Positions 41,325 to 51,836 of a stretch of 64,000 nucleotides of DNA are shown in pieces. The stretch comes from an uncultured Acidobacteriota bacterium. Lineage in GTDB: Bacteria; Acidobacteriota; JAQAZP01. The stretch spans positions 64,001 to 128,000 of the forward strand of contig CAWIIB010000001.1 of NCBI GenBank assembly GCA_963836075.1, in the 5' to 3' direction. A model generated the notes under the pieces. That model was not told where the DNA came from. It saw only the letters and a list, made by a program, of their open reading frames with translations, and ran no database searches. The position numbers and the translations under genes are program-made. How positions within the stretch are numbered: the first letter of the stretch is position 1; each line of letters opens with the position of its first letter.

Positions 41325-42590
41325 GTGGGCAAGCGGACCGAATCGGCAGTCAGACTGAGCATCGCATTCATCCTCCTCCTCGCCGTGGCAGGCAGCTACG
41401 GCTGCGGGCCGAAAAAGGCAGCGGCGGCACCTGCGGCGCCGGAATCCGCGGAGGAGACCGCCAGTGTCGCTGAACCGGACGCGGAACCTGTTGCGGAGAG
41501 CAGCACCGATGTGCAGCCGGTGGCGCAGCCCGCGGCGGTTGAAGCGTCGCTGAGCGAGGAGGAGGTCTCGGCCCTCTTCCAGGAGGGCAAAAACCTCTAC
41601 CAGCTGGGCCAGGAAACCATCACCAGCGGCGGAGACCCGGTGGAGGGGCGGAGTATCCTCCAGCAGGCGGCCGATCTCTACCTGCAGATCATCGAGGGCG
41701 GAGCCGAGTCCTCCATGCGCTCCGAAGCCCTGCTGGACTACATCACGGTCAAGGACTACTTTGCCCGGAACTACCGGGATGTGGAAGGGGACATCCCGGG
41801 AGCCGTCGGGCAGTACACCGAAATTCTCTCGGCCATCGGTGACAACATCAACTCCCAGAAACAGTTCTACTACCTGGTGACCGCCGAGCTCTACCGCTTC
41901 GAGCTGGATGACCCGGTGACCGCCCGGGGACTGTACCAGCAGGCGCTGGACTACTGCGGGACCATCGAGCCGGGCAATTTCAGCAGCTGCTCCGAGTGGG
42001 AGATGCTGCAGATCCGTTACGCCCTGGATGTTCTGGGCCGTGAGTTGGACGGGGAACAGTGGCAGGGCTTCAGCAACCAGAGCCTCTCGCTGCCCAACCG
42101 GGATTTCGAAAACTACTACCTGCTGGCGGCCGGCCTGCTCGATTCGGCGGAAATGGATCCCGTCACCTGGAACAAGGAGAACGGGTACACCGACGAATTC
42201 TACGACAGCGTGACCAATCCCAAGACCCTGCTCGACGTGATCCTGATCAACTGTTTCCACGGTGAAACCCTGGCCGCCGGAGACCCGGTGCTGGGGGACA
42301 GCCTGGTGGAGAAGAACTTCCAGCGGCTGCTGGAGCAGTTCCCCGATCACCCGGCGACGATGATCATGCTGGTCAAGCAGTCGATCCACTCCAGGAAGAT
42401 GCTGCGCCCCGAGGAGGCTGACGTCTACGCCGGCATGGCCGAAGACCTGGCGGAACGGATGAACATCACGCTCATCGTCGACCAGGACGCTCCGCCGGTC
42501 CAGGACTTCCTGCGGCGGGAATACCCCTCCGCTCCGGGTGCTGAGGACGGTTCAGCCGAGGCGTTGCCGGAGACGGCTCCTTCCAACTGA
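41325..42590 (+). CDS. acidic lipoprotein, TPR-like helical, unknown function
   Basis: AAGGAG RBS; signal peptide ending SYG-C; Ala/Glu/Pro linker; helical body. Confidence 0.75.
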   Translation: MGKRTESAVRLSIAFILLLAVAGSYGCGPKKAAAAPAAPESAEETASVAEPDAEPVAESSTDVQPVAQPAAVEASLSEEEVSALFQEGKNLYQLGQETITSGGDPVEGRSILQQAADLYLQIIEGGAESSMRSEALLDYITVKDYFARNYRDVEGDIPGAVGQYTEILSAIGDNINSQKQFYYLVTAELYRFELDDPVTARGLYQQALDYCGTIEPGNFSSCSEWEMLQIRYALDVLGRELDGEQWQGFSNQSLSLPNRDFENYYLLAAGLLDSAEMDPVTWNKENGYTDEFYDSVTNPKTLLDVILINCFHGETLAAGDPVLGDSLVEKNFQRLLEQFPDHPATMIMLVKQSIHSRKMLRPEEADVYAGMAEDLAERMNITLIVDQDAPPVQDFLRREYPSAPGAEDGSAEALPETAPSN

Positions 42591-42660
42591 CCGCTGCCCG
42601 GCAGCGCCGCCGGACCGCAGGGATCCGCCGCGGTCCGCTGCAGACCAATGGAGCGTCGAG

Positions 42661-44463
42661 ATGGGTGAAATCCGCCTGCTCCCCGACAACCTGATCAACA
42701 AGATCGCCGCGGGAGAGGTGGTCGAGCGACCGGCGTCGGTGGTCAAGGAACTGGTGGAGAACGCTCTGGATGCCGGCGCGTCGGCGGTGACCGTGGTGCT
42801 GGAGGAGGGCGGCCGGCGAAAGGTGCTGGTGGAGGACGACGGCCGGGGGATGGCGCGGGATGACGCGTTGCTGGCCTTCCAGCGTCATGCCACCAGCAAG
42901 CTGGAAGGGGAGGAGGACCTGGAGCGGATCCGCTTCCTCGGCTTCCGCGGTGAGGCCCTGCCCAGCATGGCGTCGGTCTCCCGCATGCTGCTGCGGACCA
43001 GGTCGGCGGCGGCCGGTTCAGGAGTGCAGATCCGTATCGAGGGCGGCGGGGAGGCCGAAGTTCGCGATATCGGTTTCCCGCGGGGAACCTCCGTGGAGGT
43101 GGCCGACCTCTTCTACAACGTTCCGGCCCGGCGAAAATTCCTCCGCACGCCGGGCACCGAACTCTCCCACGCGTCGGCGGTGGTCACCCGCACCGCGCTG
43201 GCCCACCCCGGAGTGATCTTCGAACTGCGCCACGACGGCCGGCAGCTGCTGCAGTGGTCCGCCGTGGCCACCCTCCGCGAACGCCTGCACCAGGTCTATG
43301 GCGAGGAGCGGATCGGGCAGCTGCTGGAGTTCGATGAGCAGCGGGGGGGAGGCCGGGTGCGTGTGGCCGGAGTGCTCTCACCGGTGGACCCCACCTCGTC
43401 CAGGCGGAAGAGCGCGGGCAGCCTGGTCTATGTCAACAACCGGCCGGTCACCGATCGCAAGGTGATCCAGGCGGTGCGGGTGGCCTACCGCGACGTCTCG
43501 GTCACCGGCGCCAACCCCTTCTATGTTGTCTTCCTCACCCTGCCTCCGGAGGAGGTGGACGTCAATGTCCACCCCACCAAGAACGAGGTCCGCTTCCGGA
43601 ATTCCGGAGCGGTTTTCCAGGCGGTATCCGGGGCGGTGCGCCGGGCGCTGCAGGGGGGCGGCGGCAGCGAGGGGCTGCCGGAGCCGTCCGGCAGCGGGCC
43701 CACCGTTGCCGCGGCCGGCAACTGGCCGCAGCGGCCCCCGGCCACCCCGGTGGCTGCTGAACAGCTGCCGTTCCGGAGGGCCGGTGGAGAGCCGTCCTGG
43801 AACCTGCCCCCCTCCTCCGGGTCGGCCCCGGCGGTGCACGAGCCGGGCCCCCAACCGCTGGCCCGGGCCGAGGTGGTCCCCGGAAGCTGGCGCCTGCTGG
43901 GGCAGCTGCACAACAGCTACCTGCTGGTGGAAGACCACCGGGGGCTGCTGGTGGTGGACCAGCACGTGGCCCACGAGCGGGTGCTCTACGAACGGTATCT
44001 GGCGGGCGTGCGGCAGGACAAGATCACCGTTCAGGGGCTGCTGGTGCCGGCGGTGATCGAAACCGAGCCGGCCAGCGGGGCCATCCTGGAGCAACTGCTC
44101 CCCCAGCTGGCTGAACTGGGCATCGAGCTGGAGCATTTCGGCGGCAGCACCTTCCTGCACAAGGGGCACCCCGACTTTCTCGAACAGTTCGAAGTCGAGC
44201 CGTTTCTCCACGAGGTGGTGGCCGCCGTCCGCGACCGGGACGGGACGGCAGGCGAACTGGCCCGGGAGATCCGCCAGCGGCTGCTCATCTCGGCGGCCTG
44301 TCACGCGGCGATCAAGATCAACACCCCGCTGGTCCGGGAGAAAATGGAACAGCTGCTGGCCGACCTGCTGCAGACGGAAAACCCGCTGTTCTGCCCCCAC
44401 GGTCGGCCCATCGTGCTGCGCTTTCCGCTGGCCGGCATCGAAAAGTCGTTTTTGAGGAGCTGA
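42661..44463 (+). CDS. mutL: DNA mismatch repair endonuclease MutL
   Basis: KIAAGEVVERP, LGFRGEAL, DVNVHPTK, DQHVAHER, ACH, CPHGRP. Confidence 0.97.
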   Translation: MGEIRLLPDNLINKIAAGEVVERPASVVKELVENALDAGASAVTVVLEEGGRRKVLVEDDGRGMARDDALLAFQRHATSKLEGEEDLERIRFLGFRGEALPSMASVSRMLLRTRSAAAGSGVQIRIEGGGEAEVRDIGFPRGTSVEVADLFYNVPARRKFLRTPGTELSHASAVVTRTALAHPGVIFELRHDGRQLLQWSAVATLRERLHQVYGEERIGQLLEFDEQRGGGRVRVAGVLSPVDPTSSRRKSAGSLVYVNNRPVTDRKVIQAVRVAYRDVSVTGANPFYVVFLTLPPEEVDVNVHPTKNEVRFRNSGAVFQAVSGAVRRALQGGGGSEGLPEPSGSGPTVAAAGNWPQRPPATPVAAEQLPFRRAGGEPSWNLPPSSGSAPAVHEPGPQPLARAEVVPGSWRLLGQLHNSYLLVEDHRGLLVVDQHVAHERVLYERYLAGVRQDKITVQGLLVPAVIETEPASGAILEQLLPQLAELGIELEHFGGSTFLHKGHPDFLEQFEVEPFLHEVVAAVRDRDGTAGELAREIRQRLLISAACHAAIKINTPLVREKMEQLLADLLQTENPLFCPHGRPIVLRFPLAGIEKSFLRS

Positions 44464-44466
44464 AGG

Positions 44467-45153
44467 GTGACCAGGCGCTTCAAGGGCAACGACCTGCTGG
44501 TCCCGGTGCTGGCTCTCCTCCTGCTGGCGAGCGCCGTGCTGCCGGCAGGGGAGACCGTGCATTTTCGCAACGGCCGCAGGATGCGGGTGAGCTCCAGCGA
44601 GCACGAGGGAGCGCTCTACGTTCTGCGCCTGGACAATGGCGGCGTGATCCGGGTGCCGGAGGACCAGGTGGACCGGATCGAGGCCGATGCCGAAGCGGAT
44701 GAGCAGCCGGGGCCGTCAGGGGGAGGAGCCAGGTTGGATCAGTTCATCGCCAGCAAGGAGGCCGGGGCCCTGCGCCAGCTGATCCGCCGGGCGGCGCTGG
44801 ACCACCGCCTGGAGGAGGAGCTGCTGGTGGCGGTGATTTTTGCCGAATCGGCCTTCGATCCCCTGGCCGTTTCGCCCAAGGGCGCCATGGGGTTGATGCA
44901 GCTGATGCCGGACACCGCCGCCCGCTTCGGCGTGGATCAGCCCTTCGATCCCTGGCAAAACCTCAATGGCGGTGCGGCCTACCTCCGGCAGCTCTTCGAC
45001 AAATACGGCGGGGACCTGAAACTGGCCCTGGCGGCGTACAATGCGGGTGAGGGGCGGGTCCGGACCTACCAGGGGGTGCCGCCGTTCAGTGAAACGGTCA
45101 GCTATATCAGCCGGGTGATCACCCTCTACCAGTCATTCCGGCAGGGCGGCTGA
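44467..45153 (+). CDS. lytic transglycosylase (SLT domain)
   Basis: AESAFDP.AVSPKGAMGLMQLMP, ALAAYNAG; signal peptide. Confidence 0.92.
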   Translation: MTRRFKGNDLLVPVLALLLLASAVLPAGETVHFRNGRRMRVSSSEHEGALYVLRLDNGGVIRVPEDQVDRIEADAEADEQPGPSGGGARLDQFIASKEAGALRQLIRRAALDHRLEEELLVAVIFAESAFDPLAVSPKGAMGLMQLMPDTAARFGVDQPFDPWQNLNGGAAYLRQLFDKYGGDLKLALAAYNAGEGRVRTYQGVPPFSETVSYISRVITLYQSFRQGG

Positions 45154-45167
45154 ACCGGCGGCGCCGA

Positions 45168-45195
45168 TTGACAAGCCAGTGGCCGTGGCTATAAT
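45168..45195 (+). promoter_or_regulatory. consensus sigma70 promoter of yceD-rpmF-plsX
   Basis: TTGACA-16 bp-TATAAT. Confidence 0.8.
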
Positions 45196-45250
45196 GAACC
45201 CGTTTAAAACAAAGGCGATAGAACCTTGGGCATGGCCGGGGGGGCGGTTG

Positions 45251-45811
45251 ATGAAGATCGACTTGAAAGAGATCGGTGCCTCGGGCATCTCCATCCAGCG
45301 CACCATACCCGCTGAGCGGTTCCATCAGGATGATGAAACCGGCCGCGGGATACTGCGGCTGCGTCACGATGCGTTGCTGAACCTGTCCGTCAAAAGGGCC
45401 GGCGAGCGGTTCCACCTCCGCGGGACCCTGGAGGCGGAGGTGGAGGCGGAGTGCGGGCGATGTCTGGCCCCTTTTTCGTTTGCGGTTCGTCCCCAGTTCG
45501 ATTATTATCTCGTGCCCCGGCGGCACGTTGAGGAGTGGGCCGAGGTGGAGATGGACGAAGCGGCCAAGCAGGAGGTGGAGGTGGACAGCATGGAGCTGGA
45601 CCTCCTGCACCTGGCGCGGGAACAGGTGCGGCTTGGTCTGCCGATGAAGCTGCTCTGCTCCGAGGCATGCCAGGGACTCTGTCTCGGATGCGGCGGCGAT
45701 CTGAACCGGGAGCAGTGCGCCTGCACCGGCGATGACCGGGACGATGATTCAGGCCTGGCGGTCCTGTCCGGCCTGCTGGAACGGTTGAAGAACGATTCCT
45801 CCGGTAACTGA
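45251..45811 (+). CDS. yceD: DUF177/YceD family protein
   Basis: CGRCL, LPMKLLCSEACQGLCLGCG.DLN...CAC; position before rpmF. Confidence 0.9.
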   Translation: MKIDLKEIGASGISIQRTIPAERFHQDDETGRGILRLRHDALLNLSVKRAGERFHLRGTLEAEVEAECGRCLAPFSFAVRPQFDYYLVPRRHVEEWAEVEMDEAAKQEVEVDSMELDLLHLAREQVRLGLPMKLLCSEACQGLCLGCGGDLNREQCACTGDDRDDDSGLAVLSGLLERLKNDSSGN

Positions 45812-45882
45812 CCCGCTGGTTCCGTGTTGCGGGCGCTTCAGCCGGGGAACAGAACGAGACGTGACAAAGGAGATGGGAAAAG

Positions 45883-46065
45883 ATGGCCAATCCGAAGCGC
45901 AGACATTCCAAGGCCCGGCGGGACAAAAGACGGACCCATGACAGTCTCACGCCCCCCAGCCTGTCGGTGTGCCCCAACTGCAACGAGCCGAAGCAACCTC
46001 ACCGGGTGTGCCCGCACTGCGGGTTCTACAAAGGTAAGGAAGTCGTTGAGATCAAAATGGCCTGA
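45883..46065 (+). CDS. rpmF: 50S ribosomal protein L32 (Zn-binding type)
   Basis: [21 protein letters not shown]...[10 protein letters not shown]. Confidence 0.97.
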   Translation: MANPKRRHSKARRDKRRTHDSLTPPSLSVCPNCNEPKQPHRVCPHCGFYKGKEVVEIKMA

Positions 46066-46090
46066 TCTGGGGCCGGCAGCCGGGTGAAAA

Positions 46091-47107
46091 ATGAAAATCG
46101 CCGTCGACGCCATGGGCGGAGACTTTGCCCCCCGAAACGCGGTGGAAGGTGCGGTGGATGCCTGCCGCGAGTTCCAGCTGCCGGTGATTCTGGTGGGCCG
46201 GGAAGGGGAGATCCAGCAGGAACTGGATCGTCTCGGAGCCCGCGGCCTGCCCATCGACGTGGTTCATGCCGAAGAAGTGGTGGGCATGGACGAACCGGCG
46301 ATAACCGCGATCCGCAAGAAAAAGAAATCGTCCATCCGTATCGGCGCACGACTGGTCAAGGACGGTGACGCCCAGGGCTTCGTCAGCGCCGGCAATACCG
46401 GCGCGGTGATGGCCACCTCCAAGATCGTGATGAAATCACTGGAGGGGGTGCAGCGTCCGGCGCTGGCCACCGTGATGCCCACCAAGACCGGCTCCTCGAT
46501 CCTGCTCGACGTGGGCGCCAACGTGGATTGCCGGGCCAGGCACCTGATGCAGTTCGCGGTGATGGGCAGTTTCTACGCCGAGGCGATCCTCGGCCGCCGC
46601 AAGCCGAAGGTCGGCCTGCTGAGCATCGGTGAAGAGGACTCCAAGGGCAATGAGCAGACGAGGCAGGTGTTCGACATCCTGCGCCAGACGAGCATCAATT
46701 TCGTGGGCAACGTCGAGGGGCGGGATGTCTTCAACGGATCGGTGGACGTGATTGTCTGCGACGGCTTTGTGGGCAACATCACCCTCAAGGTGAGCGAGAG
46801 CCTGGCCGAGACCATGGAGCACCTGATCCGCTCCGAGATCGAGCGCAGTCTGCTTGCCCGGGTTGGCTACCTCTTCATGAAGCCGGCGTTCAACAAGTTC
46901 AAGAAGCGGGTCGATTATTCGGAATATGGAGGTGCCCCCCTGCTGGGCATCGGCGGGGTCTGCATCATCTGTCACGGACGGTCCTCGCCCAAGGCGATCA
47001 AGAATGCCGTGCGGGTGGCCGGGGATTTCTGTGCCAAGGACGTGAACGGCCAGATCTCCCGGGGCCTGGCCGAACTGGTTCGGCAGGAGGACAATGTCCT
47101 GGCCTGA
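46091..47107 (+). CDS. plsX: phosphate acyltransferase PlsX
   Basis: IAVDAMGGDFAP, SAGNTGA, LDVGAN, IGEE..KG, CDGFVGN, YGGAPLLG, HGRS. Confidence 0.97.
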   Translation: MKIAVDAMGGDFAPRNAVEGAVDACREFQLPVILVGREGEIQQELDRLGARGLPIDVVHAEEVVGMDEPAITAIRKKKKSSIRIGARLVKDGDAQGFVSAGNTGAVMATSKIVMKSLEGVQRPALATVMPTKTGSSILLDVGANVDCRARHLMQFAVMGSFYAEAILGRRKPKVGLLSIGEEDSKGNEQTRQVFDILRQTSINFVGNVEGRDVFNGSVDVIVCDGFVGNITLKVSESLAETMEHLIRSEIERSLLARVGYLFMKPAFNKFKKRVDYSEYGGAPLLGIGGVCIICHGRSSPKAIKNAVRVAGDFCAKDVNGQISRGLAELVRQEDNVLA

Positions 47108-47125
47108 AGGCCCGCCCGGGCCGTC

Positions 47126-47153
47126 TTGACTCGGGGGGGCAATCGGCTAGAAT
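47126..47153 (+). promoter_or_regulatory. internal sigma70 promoter upstream of acyl-CoA dehydrogenase-fabG
   Basis: TTGACT-16 bp-TAGAAT. Confidence 0.65.
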
Positions 47154-47303
47154 GATTGTTCGAATTTTCCGAATTTCAGAAACAGTTGAGGATCAGTCAT
47201 CCCGGGTTCGTGCCCGGACGGGACGCGGACCGGGCTGTTCGGCCTGCGCACGCGGCTGGTTCACAGGTTATCGCAGATCGACTTAAGGAGTGAGCCCCGA
47301 CCC

Positions 47304-48470
47304 ATGGAGTGGATGCTGAACGAAGAGCAGCGTGAAATCCAGGCCCTGACCCGCAAGATCGTGGACGAGAAGGTGGTCCCGGTCCGGATGGAGCTGGACA
47401 GGGCCGAGACGTTCCCCTGGGAACAGATCAACCTTTTCGCCGATGCCGGGCTGTTCGGCGTGTTCGTCGAGGAGAAATACGGCGGGTTCGGCGGAGCGAT
47501 GACCGACTGGTGCCTGGTGACCGACGAGATCAGCCGCGGCTGTATGGGCGTCTCCACCGCTTTTGCCGGCGTGGGGCTGGGCGCCTTCCCGCTGATCCTC
47601 GATGGCAACGAGGAACTGAAGGAGAAATATCTGCCCGGCATCGCCACGGGCAAGAGCCTGGCCGCTTTCGCCCTCACCGAGGCTGACGCCGGCAGCGACG
47701 CCGGCGGGATCAGGACCACGGCGGTGCGCGACGGCGACCATTTCGTGATTAACGGGACCAAGCAGTGGATCACCAACGCCGAGGTGGCCCAGACCTACTG
47801 CGTGGTGGCGATGACCAACCCGGCCAAGGGCCCGCGGGGGGCCAGCGTGATCCTGGTGGAGAAGGGCACCCCGGGGTTCACCTTCGGCAAGCTGGAAAAA
47901 AAGATGGGCATCAATTGCTCGTCCACCCGTGAGCTGATCTTCGAGGACTGTCGCGTTCCGGTGGCCAACCTGGTGGGGCGCGAGGGGGCCGGTTTTATCG
48001 TCACCATGCGAACCCTGAGCCGGGCCCGGGTGGGTGTCGGCGCGCAGGCGGTGGGCCTGTGCCGCGGGGCGTTGGAGCTGACGGTGGACTACTCGCGGCA
48101 GCGCAAGCAGTTCGACCGTCCCATCTGCTCTTTCCAGGCCGTGCAGCACATCCTCGCCGACATGGCCACCCAGACCGAAGCCGCGCGCTCGCTGGTCTAC
48201 AACACCACCAGGATGATCGACTGCGGCGCGAAGAATTTCGCCAAACGGGCGGCGATGGTCAAACTCTTCGCCTCCGACGTGGCGATGAAGGTGACCACCG
48301 ATGCGGTCCAGGTCTTCGGCGGGTACGGCTACATGAGGGAATACCCGGTGGAAAAGATGATGCGTGACGCCAAGATCCTGCAGATCTACGAGGGGACGAA
48401 CCAGATTCAGCGAAACGAGATCGGCGCCGCGCTGATCAAGGAGTCTGCATCCCGCAAGAGGAACAAATGA
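47304..48470 (+). CDS. acyl-CoA dehydrogenase family protein
   Basis: FALTEADAGSDA, NGTKQWITN, KMG, RKQF, FQAVQ, VQVFGGYGY, IYEGTNQIQR; stop overlaps fabG start. Confidence 0.96.
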   Translation: MEWMLNEEQREIQALTRKIVDEKVVPVRMELDRAETFPWEQINLFADAGLFGVFVEEKYGGFGGAMTDWCLVTDEISRGCMGVSTAFAGVGLGAFPLILDGNEELKEKYLPGIATGKSLAAFALTEADAGSDAGGIRTTAVRDGDHFVINGTKQWITNAEVAQTYCVVAMTNPAKGPRGASVILVEKGTPGFTFGKLEKKMGINCSSTRELIFEDCRVPVANLVGREGAGFIVTMRTLSRARVGVGAQAVGLCRGALELTVDYSRQRKQFDRPICSFQAVQHILADMATQTEAARSLVYNTTRMIDCGAKNFAKRAAMVKLFASDVAMKVTTDAVQVFGGYGYMREYPVEKMMRDAKILQIYEGTNQIQRNEIGAALIKESASRKRNK

Positions 48471-49228
48471 CCGTCATGGGCAGCGGGACACGCTTTGCAG
48501 GGAAACGGGCCATCGTCACCGGTGCCGCCCGGGGCATCGGTCTCTCCATCAGCCGGCTGCTGGCCGCGGAGGGGGCGCGGGTGGCCCTGGTGGACCTGGA
48601 TCAGGATGCCCTGTCCGCCGCCGCCAACCTGCTGTCCGGGGAGGGTGGCCAGTGCGTGGCCCACTGTCTCGACGTTGCCGACTCCGCAGCGGTGAAGGAA
48701 GCGGTGGCTGCGGTGAGCGGGGAATGGGGCGGCGTGGATTTCCTGGTCAACAATGCCGGGATCACCCGTGACAGCCTGATGCTGCGGATGAAAAAAGCCG
48801 ACTGGGACCTGGTGCTGCGGGTCAACCTGGACAGCGTGTTCCACTTCTCCCAGGCGGTGCTCAAACCGATGATCAAGGCCCGGCAGGGCCGGATCATCAG
48901 CATCAGTTCCGTGGTGGGGGTGATGGGCAATCCGGGGCAGGCAAACTACGCGGCCTCAAAAGCGGGCATCATCGGCTTCTCGCGCTCGCTGGCCCGGGAA
49001 GTGGCTCCGCGGGGAATCACGGTGAACGTCGTGGCCCCCGGGTTTATCGACACCGAGATGACCTCCGGGCTGCCCGAGGGGGTGCGCGAGGACCTGCTGT
49101 CCAGGGTTCCCCTGGGCCGGCTGGGGACGGTGGAGGACATCGCCCGCAGTGTGGCCTTTCTGCTGGGAGACGACTCCGCCTACATCACCGGGCAGGTGCT
49201 CGGTGTCAATGGCGGAATGTATATGTAG
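48467..49228 (+). CDS. fabG: 3-oxoacyl-ACP reductase
   Basis: TGAARGIG, NNAGITRD, GNPGQANYAASKAG, PGFIDTEMT, VNGGMYM. Confidence 0.95.
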   Translation: MTVMGSGTRFAGKRAIVTGAARGIGLSISRLLAAEGARVALVDLDQDALSAAANLLSGEGGQCVAHCLDVADSAAVKEAVAAVSGEWGGVDFLVNNAGITRDSLMLRMKKADWDLVLRVNLDSVFHFSQAVLKPMIKARQGRIISISSVVGVMGNPGQANYAASKAGIIGFSRSLAREVAPRGITVNVVAPGFIDTEMTSGLPEGVREDLLSRVPLGRLGTVEDIARSVAFLLGDDSAYITGQVLGVNGGMYM

Positions 49229-49328
49229 CCGGGCCGGCGGCCGGTCCGGACCGTTGATGCCGCCGGAAGCGATTTGATCACATCAGCCCTCTGATCTTTC
49301 ACTTAAACGTACTTTGGGAGGTTTTCGG

Positions 49329-49574
49329 ATGGACGAGAAAAAAATCGAGGCGAAGGTCAAGGAAATCGTCATGGAGCAGCTGGGTGTGGACGAGGAGGAA
49401 GTGACCCAGGAGGCCTCTTTTGTCGACGACCTCGGCGCCGATTCCCTGGATACCGTGGAACTGGTGATGGCCTTCGAGGAAGAGTTCGACATCGAAATTC
49501 CCGACACCGACGCTGAAAAAATCAGCCGGGTCAAGGAAGCCGTCGAATACATCAAGGGCCACATCGACAGCTGA
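49329..49574 (+). CDS. acpP: acyl carrier protein
   Basis: [21 protein letters not shown]. Confidence 0.97.
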   Translation: MDEKKIEAKVKEIVMEQLGVDEEEVTQEASFVDDLGADSLDTVELVMAFEEEFDIEIPDTDAEKISRVKEAVEYIKGHIDS

Positions 49575-49731
49575 CCGGCTTCCCGGTCCCCACGGCGGGC
49601 AGACCGCTGGCGGCGTCACCGCCGCCGGGGACTCTTTCGCCCCCGGCGAGGGCACCGTGGAGCCCGGCTGTCTCTGGTCACCTGCCGAACCTCGCCCGGT
49701 GAGCGGCCTGATCGGAGGAGGTGCTGAAGAG

Positions 49732-50975
49732 ATGACGAAAAGACGAGTGGTCATCACCGGTCTCGGATTGGTCACCCCGCTGGGCCTGGGCAACGACGCC
49801 AACTGGGAGGCCCTGCGGTCCGCCAGGAGCGGCGTCGGGCTGATCACCCACTTCGACACCACCGACTACCCGGTGAAAATCGCCGCTGAAGTCCGGGACT
49901 TCGACCCGCTGCAGTTCATCGACAAGAAAGAACTGAAGAAGATGGACCGCTTCATCCACTTCGCCATTGCCGCGGCCCAGTTCGCGGTGGAGGACAGCGG
50001 CCTCGACCTCGCGGCCCTCGATTCCGATCGGGCCGGGGTGAGCATCGGCAGCGGCATCGGCGGCCTGGAGTCCATCGAGCGGCAGCACAAGGTGGTGCTG
50101 GAGCGCGGCCCAAAACGGATATCGCCTTTCTTCATCCCCGGCCTGATCGTCAACCTGGCGGCGGGTCACGTCTCGATCCGTTTCCGGGCCCGGGGGCCCA
50201 ACCTCGCCCATTGCACCGCCTGTTCCACCGGGACCCATGCCGTGGGGGAAGCCTTCCGCGCCATCCAGTACGGACATGCCGATCGGATGATCTGCCGGCG
50301 GCACCGAGGCGGTCATCTGCCCGCTGGCCGTGGGCGGGTTCGCGGCGATGAAGGCCCTCTCCACCCGCAACGACGACCCGGCCACGGCCAGCCGGCCCTT
50401 CGACGCCACCCGCGACGGCTTCGTGATGGGCGAGGGCGCCGGGGTGCTGATCCTCGAGGAGCGGGAGGCCGCGGTGGCCCGCGGAGCGCGGATCTATGCC
50501 GAGCTGAGCGGCTTCGGGATGGCGGCGGACGCCTTCCATATCACTGCGCCCAGCGAGGACGGTGACGGGGCGTTGCGGGTGATGAAGGCCGCCATCGAGG
50601 ATGCCGGCTGTCGCCCTTGCGGACGTGGACTACATCAACGCCCACGGCACGGCCACGCCACCCGGCGATCGTACCGAGACCCTGGCGATCAAGAATCTCT
50701 TCGGTGATCACGCCCGCAAGCTCGCCGTCAGCTCCACCAAGTCTTCCACCGGCCACCTGCTGGGTGCCGCCGGAGGCGTGGAAACGGCGATCACTGCCTG
50801 GGCGGTGCTCAACGACATTCTGCCGCCCACCATCAACCTGCAGCACCCGGACCCGGACTGCGACCTGGACTACGTGCCCAACGAGGCCCGTCCGTCCGAG
50901 GTGCGCATCGCCCTGACCAACTCCTTCGGCTTCGGGGGAACGAACGCGTCCCTGTTGCTGAGGAAGCACGAGTAG
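49732..50975 (+). CDS. fabF: beta-ketoacyl-ACP synthase II (two +1 frameshifts near 50293 and 50609)
   Basis: [15 protein letters not shown]; [16 protein letters not shown]; [27 protein letters not shown]. Confidence 0.93.
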
Positions 50976-51010
50976 CGGCCCCAAGCCTTCCACATCAATC
51001 GGAGAGAGAA

Positions 51011-51800
51011 ATGAACTCAATTGTCTGTCTGAAGCAGGTCCCGGACACCGAAGCGAGGATCAAGATCGCTCCCGACAAGGTGGGGATCGACGAGAGCGAC
51101 ATCCAGCTGGTGGTCAATCCCTTTGACGAATACGCCATCGAAGCCGCCCTGCTGCTCAAGGAGCAGGCGGGGCAGGGGACCGTGACCCTGGTCAGCCAGG
51201 GCGGGGAATCTGCCGCGACGGCGCTGCGCACCGGTCTGGCCATGGGGGCCGACAGCGCGGTGCTGCTCAAGGACCCGGCCTTCGACGGGCTCCGACTCCC
51301 TCGGTGTGGCGCGGATTCTCGCTTCGGCCATCTCCACCATGGAATTCGACGTGATCCTCCTCGGCAAGTACGGGGTGGGCGGGGACAACAACCAGGTGGG
51401 GCCGATGCTGGCCCAGTTGCTGGACCTGCCGCACGTCGGGGTGGCGATCCAGCTGGAGGTCGCCGAGGGGCAGGCCGTGGTGCACCGGTCGGTGGAGGGG
51501 GCGGTGGAAGTCGTGGAGACGTCCCTGCCCGCCGTGATCACCGCGGAGAAGGGGCTCAACGAACCGCGCTACGCCTCGCTCAAGGGAATCATGATGGCCA
51601 AACGCAAACCGATCGAGGAGCGTGACGCCGCCGCCCTGGGGCTGGATGCGGGTACCGTGGGAACTGCCGGGGCACTGCTGCAGCAGACCCGGCTGGAACT
51701 CCCGCAGCCCCGGCCCGAGGGGCGGATCATCGAAGGGGAGCCGGCCGAGGCGGCAAGGGAACTGGTCCGGCTGCTCCACGAAGAGGCCAAAGTCATCTGA
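51011..51800 (+). CDS. etfB: electron transfer flavoprotein beta subunit (one +1 frameshift near 51288)
   Basis: KQVPDT, NPFDEYAIE, LAMGAD; then LPAVIT, NEPRYASLKGIM. Confidence 0.93.
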
Positions 51801-51836
51801 GGCAACCATCTGGCCCAGCGACGAGGGACAACAATC

